IMG/VR virus record: IMGVR_UViG_3300021400_003815
Length of the DNA: 64,000 nt
Origin: an uncultured virus (IMG/VR IMGVR_UViG_3300021400_003815)
Taxonomy: Duplodnaviria > Heunggongvirae > Uroviricota > Caudoviricetes
Strand: one strand, 5' to 3'
Below, in pieces: positions 49,201-58,868 of the stretch. The position numbers and the translations under genes were made by a program. Each line of letters opens with the position of its first letter. Position 1 is the stretch's first letter. The notes under the pieces are model-generated. The model made no database searches and was not told the origin of the DNA. It saw only the letters and a list, made by a program, of their open reading frames with translations.

Positions 49201-52200
49201 AGAACTCCAATACCTTATATGTTCCGTCGCCATAAACTGGTATTACCTGGTAATAGTTCTTAGCTGCTACATAAGTTGTTGTAAGTCTATTTCCAGACTT
49301 AATACTTTCATTAGGTGATGTACTTACTAATGTCATACCACCACCATCAAATCCACCAGGACCACCTTTACCTCCGCCCATGTATGGACCATAGTTCCAG
49401 TTGCTACCTATACTTCCTGAACCACCACCTGCTTGACCAGTGTAGATATATACTGACTCGCCGGCATTTAGATACTTTGATGCTGTAACTCTACCACCTA
49501 AGCCTCCAGCAGACTCATGACCTGCTGAATTACCACCACCAGATGCACCATAAACATCAAAGGTGTAGTTACCAGCTGACTTAGCTGTAAATTTCTGAGC
49601 ACTAGCTGAATATCCAAAGTCCACTCTACCTGTCAAGTCTGTCTGATTATAGCTGCTAGACTTATACAAGTTATAGACTGTGTTACCTAATAGTGCTTTC
49701 AATGCTGTACTATCATTCTGAGCATCTTGATAGAATGCTCCAATGAGTGCTGCATTTTGTTTATATGCCTCTGAAGTTCCAACAACACATGATTCTTTAT
49801 GAACATGCTTATTATTAATACTAGAGACTACCTTTCTCTCACTTGCAGGTGAATTTTCAGGGTCAAGAGCAGTTATAACAACCTGACCATCTCCCTTTCT
49901 AACACCATAGGTTGTGTATCCATTTCTTACACTACTTATGTAAGATGAACCACCACCACCTCCAGTGTTTCCATTTGTTCCTGCTTTACCACCAAAGTAG
50001 CCACCACCGCCTCCACCGGCATCTGTGTCTGTTCTACCTTGTCCACTTGCTAATGCATACCCACTATTCTGAGTTCCTACTAAACCTCCTACTCTAGCTC
50101 CGTCCTGTTTAGGATTGCCACCAGTTAAACCACCTCCGTATCCACCAGAACCATCATCAGTATTATTAAATACTCCACCAGCGTTATCAGCACCGCCTCC
50201 ACCACCGGCTACAATGATTCTATTATTTACATCACTAGAACTTACTTCAATTCTATCAAATCTATATGACCTACCATTATGGAATATTCTAAATTCAAGT
50301 CCAGCACCATCAGCACCTTCAGCTACATTCTTATTTATGTTAACTGAGTAACTTATCTTATTGTAGCTAACACTTAAATTATTAAGTCCAGTATTAGATC
50401 CATTAGAAGCTATATATCTTCCGTATGATACTCCATTGTTAGTCATAGTATCCAATACTATAGTACTATCATTCAACCCAGCACCATATATGGTTACATT
50501 ATATGTTCCTGAAGGAACAGTTATGTATGGTCCGTATGTTATATGTCCTCCCTTAACATAGGTGTCATTTCCGCCTTCTTTCATTTTATCATTAAGGGTA
50601 AATACACGTGTAGCTCTTACATCAGAAGCTCCACCGCCACCATATCCGGAACCTGCTGATGTTCCACCTCCATTCCATCCTGCTTTATTCAATCCACCTT
50701 GACCACCAACATTGATTGCTAATCTTTGACCTTTAAGTAAATAAGCTTCACCAGAAGCATATCCACCAAGACCACCAGCAGAAGGAGCTGCTATCTTAAC
50801 ACCAGAAAGGTTATCGCCACCTGATGCTCCATAAGCATCTATTCTGTAGTAACCAGTTTCAGGAACTGTATAATACTGAGTTCCACCAGTATAATTAAAC
50901 TTCTTTGGAATTGCTACATACTGTACTGTAGTACTGTGAACTTCTTCAGTTTTGTAACATGATGATACATGTGTTCCTCTAGCTGCTAACTTAGTTATCT
51001 TTAAGTCCTTAATTATAGCATTAGACTTTCCATAGTTATCATCTGCATTCCAACAACCAATATTGAAATAGTTTCCAACCATATTAGCACTGAGTTTATT
51101 TGAAGTACCTACAGTCTTGTAATCTACTTCCATATCATCTATATACAACTTAGATGACTCAGCAGTATCCATATTGAATATTACCTTATACTTGTGCCAT
51201 AAATTATCTCTATAATTGTTTGGTACTCCTCTCTCATTGCCTCGTCCAGTGTTTATTACAGTACCCCAATCTGTATTATACAAATCATATTGCTTAAACG
51301 AAACTAGCATGAATGTATTATTTACTTTCTTAGGTATCTTAGCACTAAACTCAACTTGTATATTACTTGAAGCATTGTATGCATAATTAAGTTCACTGAA
51401 TGGAATTGATAATCTAACTCCACCAAGTTTTACACCACCTTCACTAGTGCTAAATCCAGAAGGCATGCTATATGACCTACCAGTCTTTGTATTAACTAAC
51501 TTGCCTCCTGATACATTAAATGTTCCAAGTACAACATCATCAAAATACTTACAATTAAGATGTCTATATTCACAAAGAGCAGCTGTTCCAGGGCATACTT
51601 TTGATGCTTCCAAATCATTCATAAGCTTAACAGCTAAGTTAGCTCCACCGCTTCTTTGATCTCTTTCATCATCAAGTCCTATTAAGAAAGCTTCTTCCAA
51701 AGATACAGGGTCCTGAACAACAATATTATTTACCTTATCGTGTTCATCACTGTATACCGCTTTTATTGCTATACCACTCTTATTTCCAAGAGCTGCAATA
51801 TTAGAATTAGAATAGTCATACTGGAAATTAGTATTTCCATCTTCCATAGAAGGTCTTGTGTAATCAAGTATTTGTCTATAGAATACATAAGCATTACCTG
51901 TTACATACTCACCATTCTCATTAGTAGCATCCTGTCTAATTCCATGCTCGTAAGTTTTCTTATCATTCTCCCAGCCATTCTGAACAGGCCAAGGATGAAC
52001 TCTATCTGTGAATATCTTTAAACTCTCATTAGGTCTCTTAATTCTATACTCTGCATGTGTGCTTCCAACATCCTCATGAGCTCCATCAAGAGATTGACCT
52101 GAACTGCTTGTTGTATAAGGAGATGACTTATACTGAGTTACCTTGTATTGGTAATTCTTAGAGTCCATTCCTCCTATACTTCTACTCCACTTACCATTAT

Positions 52201-55200
52201 TATAACTAGCGCCATCAAAATCAGCATTTACATAATGTCCACTTTCATAATTAACTGTTCTATAACCATAGTTAATTACGTTCATAGGAGAACCACTACC
52301 TTGTGTTCCTATGAATCTTGATTCATGACCATCAGTAGGTTTAACAACAAGGTTGTTACCTGTCTTATCTATAAGTGAATCTCTTACAAATTCAGATGAA
52401 AATCTTCTAGTATTCAGTCCATTTAATTCCCGCACAGCACAATCATCAATTTCTGGTATCATCTTTATACATACTATACCATCACCCTGATCTCCATAGC
52501 TGCCATCATTATTATAATGTAATCCTATGAAATCATCTATAGGTTCATTATGCTTCCACTTGCCATTCATTTCATGAACTACTGTTGTATTACCACCTGC
52601 TGATAATGAAGAGAACTTTCTTAAAGGTGAGTTAAACTTTCCATTATAACCACTTACTGGAATTTCATCTGTTATATCCCACTTTGAAGCTACTACTCCA
52701 TCAGGCAGTTTAAAATCTGTCCACATCTGGTCAAATGTACGCTTCAGATAGTCATCACCATATCCATCACTAGAAAGATTCCTATTGTTAGATCTACTCC
52801 AATCATTATCCCTATAAGCCCCAGCGGCTGCATTATAACCATAAATGGTTAATTCATGAGGCTGATTACTATTTATTGATGCCCCAGTTGACTCTGCTAT
52901 AGCTCCACTTTCATTTAAGTTGTCATCCATCTTAGTTATTTGCTTCCATACGCCACCAAAGCTTGCTGTTCCACCAGGAGCTGCATCTCCATCTGTCCAG
53001 AAGTATACATGATGCCAATAAGGAGTTGTATCAGAACCTATATTCTTAACATTTTTAGAAGCTGCTGCATCTGCATCATAATCAAAGTTATTATCAGCAC
53101 TTCTCCACTGAACTGATGAATTATAATAAGCTACTTCATCACCTTGAGTTGTCTGCAATATCAAGAAATCAGATACTACAGTTATATAGTTCCAAAGTTC
53201 TCTTCTATGTTTAAACCTCAGAACCTCAGGTGTTTCCATATCATATCTGTCAATGGTGTTATTAGTAGTTGCACCACTAATCTTATCACCCCTTACATGA
53301 TGATACCACCAAGTTTCATCATTGGTAGTTCTATTAGTATTAGTATATAATGCACCACAAGACCATACTTGACCTTTCTGGTCATTCTTATTACAATTAC
53401 TTGTTCCTGAACTTCCCTTAGCTTCTGCTTGAGTATTCTTAATGTTCTTTCTACCACTTCCAGCTGCTACTCTAAATGGATTTGTAGAACATCTTGTAAA
53501 ACAGCCTTGGTCTCCGTTACATCTGTTCGACCTTGTACCCTCATTCCAACCAACACTGTCATATTGGTCAGGCTCAAGGCTATAAACTACTCTTCCTGCT
53601 CTAGCTACATGCTCAGCAAATGTTCTATCAGGTATTTCACCGTGACTCTGATAATAGTCTAACTGCTTCTTACTTTCATTATAGTAATCTTTATTTTCAT
53701 CACCAATGAAGTAATAAATGTTAGGGTCGCCCTGAACCATATCAGCTACAACATTATTTTGCTTAGTATATGTAATTTTATTCATTCCATCTACATAAGC
53801 TCTATCAATCTTCCATGTCTTTACACTATCTATTCTCATATAGCTATACTCAGCAATCTGAGTCCAGTTATCTTCAATAGCAGGTAAATCATGTTCGCAA
53901 CAAGGTCCACAAATTACATGAGCAGGTATTTTTACTGTAGCAGTTACTGTCCAAGTAACATCTGCACCCTTCTGAGCTTCAGCATGTGCAGGGTCAAGAA
54001 CTTCATGTGGAGGATCTCCTTCATCATGTGAGTTATGTCCATCTGATGCTGATGTATCAGCAGGTTCATTTGTAGGCATAGCAGGTAAACTTATACTACA
54101 TCCATTGCCACCTAACTTTATTTGTCTAGTTACATTATCACTAGAAGCTGTATAATATATACTGGTATTTGCTACTTCTTGTGTCCACTTGGTTAATGCT
54201 TGATATGCTGCTACTCTAGATTGCATATCAGCTGGTCTTGACTTATGTGGGTTATTAGCTGTAACGTCACCCATTCCATCAGCTGCTACAGTATCAGGGG
54301 CATCATTATGAATTGTTCCGCCTATTGTTATACTCATCTGTCCACCAGTATGAACATTAAATGTATAACTTTCACTCTGAACGCTAGCTTCTCCACTACC
54401 AAAGTTCTTATTAATAGTAGGAATTACATTAGCTCCACCACCACCAGAGTTACCCTGATTTGCTATCCAGCCTAAATCATTACCACCAGTGTATCCGCTC
54501 TCGCTATATGTTCCAGCCTTATCAGCTTCTTTATATTCACAAGCTGTACCTGAGAACTGGCTATGATAGTATCTTCTTGAACGCTCCTTAGGTATATAAC
54601 TCATATGAAGTTCAAGAATAAACTCACTACCACCAGCTGCAAAATACAAAGTCTCTGTACTAGGAACACCAGCCATAGCTTCCCAAGTTTCATTAGAGCT
54701 TGTTCCACTACCTGTCTGAACTGTACCTTCCTTTATTTCAGCATATGCTTTTGGCTTACTGTGGAAAGAAGTATGCTGAATGCCCTCAGCCTTTACAGGA
54801 TAGTCTATTCTCTTAGCAGTAATATTATTACTCTGACCACCTATTCTTATCTCAGACATTCCACTGTCTTTAGTTCCATAATATACAGTCACATAAACCT
54901 TATAATTTAAAGTTGTAGTACTTCCATTAGAAATTTTCTGGTCTTGTGTACTATCATCTTCTATTAAATTAAATGGTTGCTGTCCTAATAAAAATCTTCT
55001 AAGATTATCCTTGTTCCATCCTAAGTAACTTAAATCAACAACACTGTTATTTGTATAACCCTTACCATTAATAAGATAATTAACAGTGTTCATTGCAATA
55101 CCAGCACTGTTATTAGCTGTTCTTGAAAGCTCTATCTTAACCTTAAACTTATCATTATTATCAATAATATTGCTTACATCAACATTATTATTTAATTTAC

Positions 55201-56806
55201 CATTTATACTAACAGTAACCTCATTTCCAATAGTTGCAAGTAAGTCAGAACCCTCATGCCAGTTACCAAGTCCATTTGTATAATATCTAAGGGTTTCACT
55301 CTCATTGCTGTTGCCCTTATTGAACATCTTGTTATTATCAGTTTCATGCCAGACATTACCTATAACTCTAGTAGTATCTGTCATTAGACCATCAACACTG
55401 TTGCCCCAATAAGCTGTAACAACAGCATTTTGAGACTTTTTATATGTCTCCATAGGTAATCCCATGATTACCTCTAAGCCCTGATGTGTTCCTTTACTTG
55501 TGCTAATTGAAATATCTTCAAGAGCCTTAAAGGTACCACTAGTGATTGTCTTATCTTCAGGATCTTTTGTTACTAAATAACCTAAAAGTTCATTCCAATA
55601 TTTATTGTCTCTCCAATAGCCTTCCCTAAGTCCATTTTCTCTACTCTTATTAAACGCATTTTTCAGAATGTCTCTAGTATTTATTACTGACTGCTTAAAA
55701 TAATAAGAAGCTGCACTCTTATTTCTAACATCATTGCTTGCATCAATTCTATACAGATAACTAATAAGGTCTGCTGCATTTATAACAGTTAAGAAATCCT
55801 GATTTGAAACAGCCTCTGTCTTTTTAGTTCCCCAAATGAGACCTCTTGATAATACAACGTTAGTTTTGTTATTTGACTGTAATCCTAACTTTCCACCACC
55901 GTCAGAGTTCAAATAAAGAATAATAGCATTTCTCCACTCTGACTCTGCTGCTGTTCCCTTAGATACACTATATAAACTCATCAGCATATCTAAATAATGT
56001 ATAGACTGTATCTGCTTATCCTTAACTGACATACTAGCTGTATTTCTAATTGTACTTATGCTAGTCTTAAACCATTTGCTATACATTACATCTTGTAATG
56101 AACCCTCATTATACATATCAGATAATGTACACCAAATCTCAGTATTATTAGCTTGAGATACCTTGTCTACAACACTCTCAAAACCGTATCTACCACTTGA
56201 ATCTTTTTCTAATAGTTTCTCAGTAGCTATACCACTTTTAATTTCTGTTGAACTATCAGATGTAGACCAATAAGCTGACCAATAAGGGTCTTTAATTTCT
56301 ACTCTAGAACCCTTAGTTGACCTTACAAGTCTCTTATTATTAGCAATGTTAGATGTGGAAAGAGTATTATTGCTATAAATACCCCAAAACTGATTCTTAT
56401 ATTTAGTAAATATATTATTATTTGAATAACTAGAACCAACAATAGCTAAAGAGCTATCGTTAGAACCCATTAATCTACTACCATAAAAATCATAAATTCC
56501 ATCAACTCCACTATTGCTTGAGTTTAAATCCAAAAATGGTGCCCCTTCATCATCATTGTCCAAAGACACAATAAGTGGAGCTCCTTTCTGAGTTCCACTT
56601 GGATTTAAAACTTCTGGATTTGTTAAATCTGCTCCACCACCAATGTATGGATTGAACCCATCAGGAGTTTTACTGATATTATCTGCACTAACAGTTACTC
56701 CAAAAATTGAAAGTGTTAGATATATCATTAGTGTCAGTAACCAAACAGACGAAGCTACTAACCCATTTTTAACTAAGTCTCTTGTACTTAATCTAGCACT
56801 TAGCAT
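46280..56806 (-). CDS. Giant exported protein (3508 aa) with LamG-like and two glycine-rich domains; putative adhesin or substrate
   Basis: AAGGAGG RBS; N-terminal signal/TM; FNYTGGTQYYTVPETGYYRIDAYGASGG...IIVAGGGGG...GGGGSSY-type domain twice; Cys/His-rich motifs. Confidence 0.8.
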   Translation of the reverse strand: MLSARLSTRDLVKNGLVASSVWLLTLMIYLTLSIFGVTVSADNISKTPDGFNPYIGGGADLTNPEVLNPSGTQKGAPLIVSLDNDDEGAPFLDLNSSNSGVDGIYDFYGSRLMGSNDSSLAIVGSSYSNNNIFTKYKNQFWGIYSNNTLSTSNIANNKRLVRSTKGSRVEIKDPYWSAYWSTSDSSTEIKSGIATEKLLEKDSSGRYGFESVVDKVSQANNTEIWCTLSDMYNEGSLQDVMYSKWFKTSISTIRNTASMSVKDKQIQSIHYLDMLMSLYSVSKGTAAESEWRNAIILYLNSDGGGKLGLQSNNKTNVVLSRGLIWGTKKTEAVSNQDFLTVINAADLISYLYRIDASNDVRNKSAASYYFKQSVINTRDILKNAFNKSRENGLREGYWRDNKYWNELLGYLVTKDPEDKTITSGTFKALEDISISTSKGTHQGLEVIMGLPMETYKKSQNAVVTAYWGNSVDGLMTDTTRVIGNVWHETDNNKMFNKGNSNESETLRYYTNGLGNWHEGSDLLATIGNEVTVSINGKLNNNVDVSNIIDNNDKFKVKIELSRTANNSAGIAMNTVNYLINGKGYTNNSVVDLSYLGWNKDNLRRFLLGQQPFNLIEDDSTQDQKISNGSTTTLNYKVYVTVYYGTKDSGMSEIRIGGQSNNITAKRIDYPVKAEGIQHTSFHSKPKAYAEIKEGTVQTGSGTSSNETWEAMAGVPSTETLYFAAGGSEFILELHMSYIPKERSRRYYHSQFSGTACEYKEADKAGTYSESGYTGGNDLGWIANQGNSGGGGANVIPTINKNFGSGEASVQSESYTFNVHTGGQMSITIGGTIHNDAPDTVAADGMGDVTANNPHKSRPADMQSRVAAYQALTKWTQEVANTSIYYTASSDNVTRQIKLGGNGCSISLPAMPTNEPADTSASDGHNSHDEGDPPHEVLDPAHAEAQKGADVTWTVTATVKIPAHVICGPCCEHDLPAIEDNWTQIAEYSYMRIDSVKTWKIDRAYVDGMNKITYTKQNNVVADMVQGDPNIYYFIGDENKDYYNESKKQLDYYQSHGEIPDRTFAEHVARAGRVVYSLEPDQYDSVGWNEGTRSNRCNGDQGCFTRCSTNPFRVAAGSGRKNIKNTQAEAKGSSGTSNCNKNDQKGQVWSCGALYTNTNRTTNDETWWYHHVRGDKISGATTNNTIDRYDMETPEVLRFKHRRELWNYITVVSDFLILQTTQGDEVAYYNSSVQWRSADNNFDYDADAAASKNVKNIGSDTTPYWHHVYFWTDGDAAPGGTASFGGVWKQITKMDDNLNESGAIAESTGASINSNQPHELTIYGYNAAAGAYRDNDWSRSNNRNLSSDGYGDDYLKRTFDQMWTDFKLPDGVVASKWDITDEIPVSGYNGKFNSPLRKFSSLSAGGNTTVVHEMNGKWKHNEPIDDFIGLHYNNDGSYGDQGDGIVCIKMIPEIDDCAVRELNGLNTRRFSSEFVRDSLIDKTGNNLVVKPTDGHESRFIGTQGSGSPMNVINYGYRTVNYESGHYVNADFDGASYNNGKWSRSIGGMDSKNYQYKVTQYKSSPYTTSSSGQSLDGAHEDVGSTHAEYRIKRPNESLKIFTDRVHPWPVQNGWENDKKTYEHGIRQDATNENGEYVTGNAYVFYRQILDYTRPSMEDGNTNFQYDYSNSNIAALGNKSGIAIKAVYSDEHDKVNNIVVQDPVSLEEAFLIGLDDERDQRSGGANLAVKLMNDLEASKVCPGTAALCEYRHLNCKYFDDVVLGTFNVSGGKLVNTKTGRSYSMPSGFSTSEGGVKLGGVRLSIPFSELNYAYNASSNIQVEFSAKIPKKVNNTFMLVSFKQYDLYNTDWGTVINTGRGNERGVPNNYRDNLWHKYKVIFNMDTAESSKLYIDDMEVDYKTVGTSNKLSANMVGNYFNIGCWNADDNYGKSNAIIKDLKITKLAARGTHVSSCYKTEEVHSTTVQYVAIPKKFNYTGGTQYYTVPETGYYRIDAYGASGGDNLSGVKIAAPSAGGLGGYASGEAYLLKGQRLAINVGGQGGLNKAGWNGGGTSAGSGYGGGGASDVRATRVFTLNDKMKEGGNDTYVKGGHITYGPYITVPSGTYNVTIYGAGLNDSTIVLDTMTNNGVSYGRYIASNGSNTGLNNLSVSYNKISYSVNINKNVAEGADGAGLEFRIFHNGRSYRFDRIEVSSSDVNNRIIVAGGGGGADNAGGVFNNTDDGSGGYGGGLTGGNPKQDGARVGGLVGTQNSGYALASGQGRTDTDAGGGGGGYFGGKAGTNGNTGGGGGSSYISSVRNGYTTYGVRKGDGQVVITALDPENSPASERKVVSSINNKHVHKESCVVGTSEAYKQNAALIGAFYQDAQNDSTALKALLGNTVYNLYKSSSYNQTDLTGRVDFGYSASAQKFTAKSAGNYTFDVYGASGGGNSAGHESAGGLGGRVTASKYLNAGESVYIYTGQAGGGSGSIGSNWNYGPYMGGGKGGPGGFDGGGMTLVSTSPNESIKSGNRLTTTYVAAKNYYQVIPVYGDGTYKVLEFYSELEATYPSLTFHSTNGHMSNFYLVDTSNGSTIADTGNVHTGSYDPVDATMTNVHFNAGHTYELYVHSDCSNFTGTCGAGFTINGGNVEVLENTTTGTFTPGKALIIAGGGGGADNTDYSGTVQGGNDDGSGGAGGSDGNIGNPLVNGARQSGLYASYRQGAGESTTKNTDTGGGGAGWYGGKSTNNNNGGAGGGSNYTGSGVTLAAQYSGVNSGNGKVIITYVSEADLQKIYNAIVNIVAKNVNKLPSTVNGAKNPVFICDGTYNTHVCDSRCKVEKHLTCSDPHHKNPAEHYPGSNPICWEPCGYTDPNDPNNPHAHHDKDIVVDGVTKKAGKFLNIDYGFQVYFPNTGDFEDDPDLRGIGAVTQVKGMSYKNNMDTTKWLREKRIKFGYDVLFYNPTTGKWEEYKANTWIPLPILKDSSKFDTDYSEFSSPEWFKQHALEVYDFYVTMSNVDIAGARYDFEIEAVNAEHSAGGKSAVYNRKVVNRTEERNIDNVSTLSNSARNNALSAKHSASKHGFTDIVGRIGNLLITDTDDIRFANLFKLPVEGTWLIDGVVKGVNSGIQNNYLSWHNNSDGRWLDIRGVQVTPERGMYNTWMTENWAEDKDWAASHGSIIGSKDVPLPLTSDKNNVTQLLADMFKPGYNILYEISTLGSYSDNLQVIPYFYALDTKTNKLYPIDVYMKEEDEYVPINYYDVLPKTTDSSSEKAKKQKLINEEHKYVLSLDWAEEKERRNYTTQEKLITNYITDHYNYIIDDGGTRHKLNSPDTIVGTGHALGTIQLINADQYARTFIGSTYTRGENFNATAVDDSNTGVFSPISVGGGTHYTNLDNIIYRDRFWTNAQRWHLKLGLPSTAVFIKYNKDGIRHLPTEELVDESGNPIIKDGGEHKLKFEELQDKRYAIIMTAEIYAYGDTYTLKYDQKNLNGKAKIGNKTYTFGTNYNGQEIKGTIMAVYDAEGSSDLDVTIRGSH

Positions 56807-56824
56807 ACGCCCTCCTTATAAACT

Positions 56825-57097
56825 CTAAAATATACTATATACTACATATAAGCCAATTCCACCAGCTAACAGCAATATCAAAAGTAATAGCATATATTTT
56901 CCATTACTTTGTCCTAGTTCCTTGTTGCTTTCACCCTTACTCTTATCTTCTGCATCAAAATCATCAAATAGTGTTATCTCTCTAACAGAACCAGTCTTAT
57001 TAGGTTTATATAGTATAGTTTGGTCATCCCTCACATCCTGTATATTGTCTATCTTTACCCAAACATTTGATTCACCTTCTAATATATGTTTCGACAT
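56825..57097 (-). CDS. Small C-terminally anchored membrane protein
   Basis: 90 aa with hydrophobic C-terminal helix. Confidence 0.7.
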   Translation of the reverse strand: MSKHILEGESNVWVKIDNIQDVRDDQTILYKPNKTGSVREITLFDDFDAEDKSKGESNKELGQSNGKYMLLLLILLLAGGIGLYVVYSIF

Positions 57098-57102
57098 CCC
57101 CT

Positions 57103-57969
57103 TTAACTATTCTCCTTGTTTAATTTTAGTGTATATCTAGCTAGTAATTGATTTGTATTGTTATATGTTGATATGCTTAACTTATCAGTATTAATGTCAA
57201 ACTTAGCTACTCCATTAAGTATTAGCTTAACTATATCAGTTCTTCCCATTGAATACAGATTATCTTTATATCTTATATCAAATATCTGTGAAGTGTTATA
57301 TATCCTTATACGATGTTTTGTTAAATTTAACAGCTGCATATCTCCATATGTAAAGCTGCTTAATTCAAGCTTTATATCTTTATTTAACATGTATATATCT
57401 TTTTCGTAAGCAACTATATCTAATTGACCAATGGCAGTCAATTCAGTATTAACATCATATATACATTCACTACTGTCCAAAAATAAACTTATTCTGCGTA
57501 TACTTTTCTTAGTTCTTATATCAGAAACATCTATATTGTATATATCTTCTGTATTATTGAATATAACAGTATTATCAGTAGTATCTATTTTTACACCCTG
57601 CACAAAACCCTTATTAATATACTCAATTACTCTTCTGTTATCAATGTCTACTCTCTTTCCATTAGTATGCTCTAATATATAACCAACAGTTTCATACCTA
57701 TCTATTAATTCTCCTACTATTTTAAACTTACCTTTATACTTATCAGCACTTACGTCTATAGTTTTTATAGGTATGTTAGACCTATTTGTTATTATGCTTT
57801 GACCTCTAAATGTAGTGATAGAATAATCATTTACCATACCTTTAGAAACTAGTTCATATAGTTTCTTCTCTGATATTCTATATATTTTACCGTCATTAGA
57901 CCTCACAGCATAAGCATATATATTCTTTCCGTTAGAGTATTGAGCTACAACATTAAATTTCTTCTCCAT
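57103..57969 (-). CDS. Hypothetical protein with two copies of the recurring module
   Basis: FNVVAQYSNGKNIYAYAVRSNDG...LYELVSKGMVND and FKIVGELIDRYETVGYILEHTNG...VIEYINKGFVQG. Confidence 0.7.
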   Translation of the reverse strand: MEKKFNVVAQYSNGKNIYAYAVRSNDGKIYRISEKKLYELVSKGMVNDYSITTFRGQSIITNRSNIPIKTIDVSADKYKGKFKIVGELIDRYETVGYILEHTNGKRVDIDNRRVIEYINKGFVQGVKIDTTDNTVIFNNTEDIYNIDVSDIRTKKSIRRISLFLDSSECIYDVNTELTAIGQLDIVAYEKDIYMLNKDIKLELSSFTYGDMQLLNLTKHRIRIYNTSQIFDIRYKDNLYSMGRTDIVKLILNGVAKFDINTDKLSISTYNNTNQLLARYTLKLNKENS

Positions 57970-58040
57970 AACTCATACCTACTTCTATTATAAAATTTTT
58001 TATTATAAAATACAACTTAATGTATACGAAAATTATACAT

Positions 58041-58075
58041 AAAAAGTACCACTAAGGCTTATCCTTAGTGGTACT
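58041..58075 (-). terminator. Terminator
   Basis: AGTACCACTAAGG/CCTTAGTGGTACT with T-run. Confidence 0.85.
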
Positions 58076-58079
58076 GCAC

Positions 58080-58868
58080 TTACATATTACTAAGTTTGCA
58101 TCCGTTTAATACTATTACATTCCCATCTGCAAGACTTACATGTTGAGGACTGTCCTGTTCTACAGGTAAAGCTGCTATACAATCAGCATAATCATAATCT
58201 TCATATATTTCAACAGTTCCGTCTAAACTATTGTCAGTCTCAACTACATATTCCCCAGCTGGTACATGTGTTCCAACTAGAAATACTCCGCTTCCAGTTG
58301 TATCTAACTCAGTATCTAAGCTGACTATCTTGCAACCATGCTGTCTTATTCTATCATTTTCATCAACACTTATAATAGTATTATACTTAACATCACTGTT
58401 ATACTTTATACCTAAGATGTTTTCTTCATTACCTGACTCAATAGTTATATTGGCATCATCTTCAGTAGCCATAACTATGTAAACTCCAGGAGCTATTGTT
58501 CCATCTATATCTGTCTCATCATCATATTTCTCAGCTACAATATAAAGTTCATTGTAATACTCTTTAGTATTAGACTCAACTCCTATTATGAATGTCTTTT
58601 CAAACTCTTTATTGTCTGTGAAGGTTATCTTTGACTGCCCATTAGATAGGCCTGTTATATTTCCATGTTCATCCACTCTTGCTACATCTGTATTATCTGA
58701 TGTCCAGCTGCCTGTCACTTCATTTCCGTCATCATCAGTAATAAGTATCTTAGTTGTTTCACCAGCTTTAATAACTTCACCATCTGATGAAATATTGTAT
58801 GCTAATGAATAAACACTGCTATACACAACACCTATGCTTACAATCAATGTAAAAATTAATCTTTTCAT
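58080..58868 (-). CDS. Secreted protein with Ig-like (Big_2) domain
   Basis: Signal peptide; WTSDNTDVARVDEHGNITGLSNGQSKIT; IAPGVY and VPAGEY repeats. Confidence 0.75.
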   Translation of the reverse strand: MKRLIFTLIVSIGVVYSSVYSLAYNISSDGEVIKAGETTKILITDDDGNEVTGSWTSDNTDVARVDEHGNITGLSNGQSKITFTDNKEFEKTFIIGVESNTKEYYNELYIVAEKYDDETDIDGTIAPGVYIVMATEDDANITIESGNEENILGIKYNSDVKYNTIISVDENDRIRQHGCKIVSLDTELDTTGSGVFLVGTHVPAGEYVVETDNSLDGTVEIYEDYDYADCIAALPVEQDSPQHVSLADGNVIVLNGCKLSNM

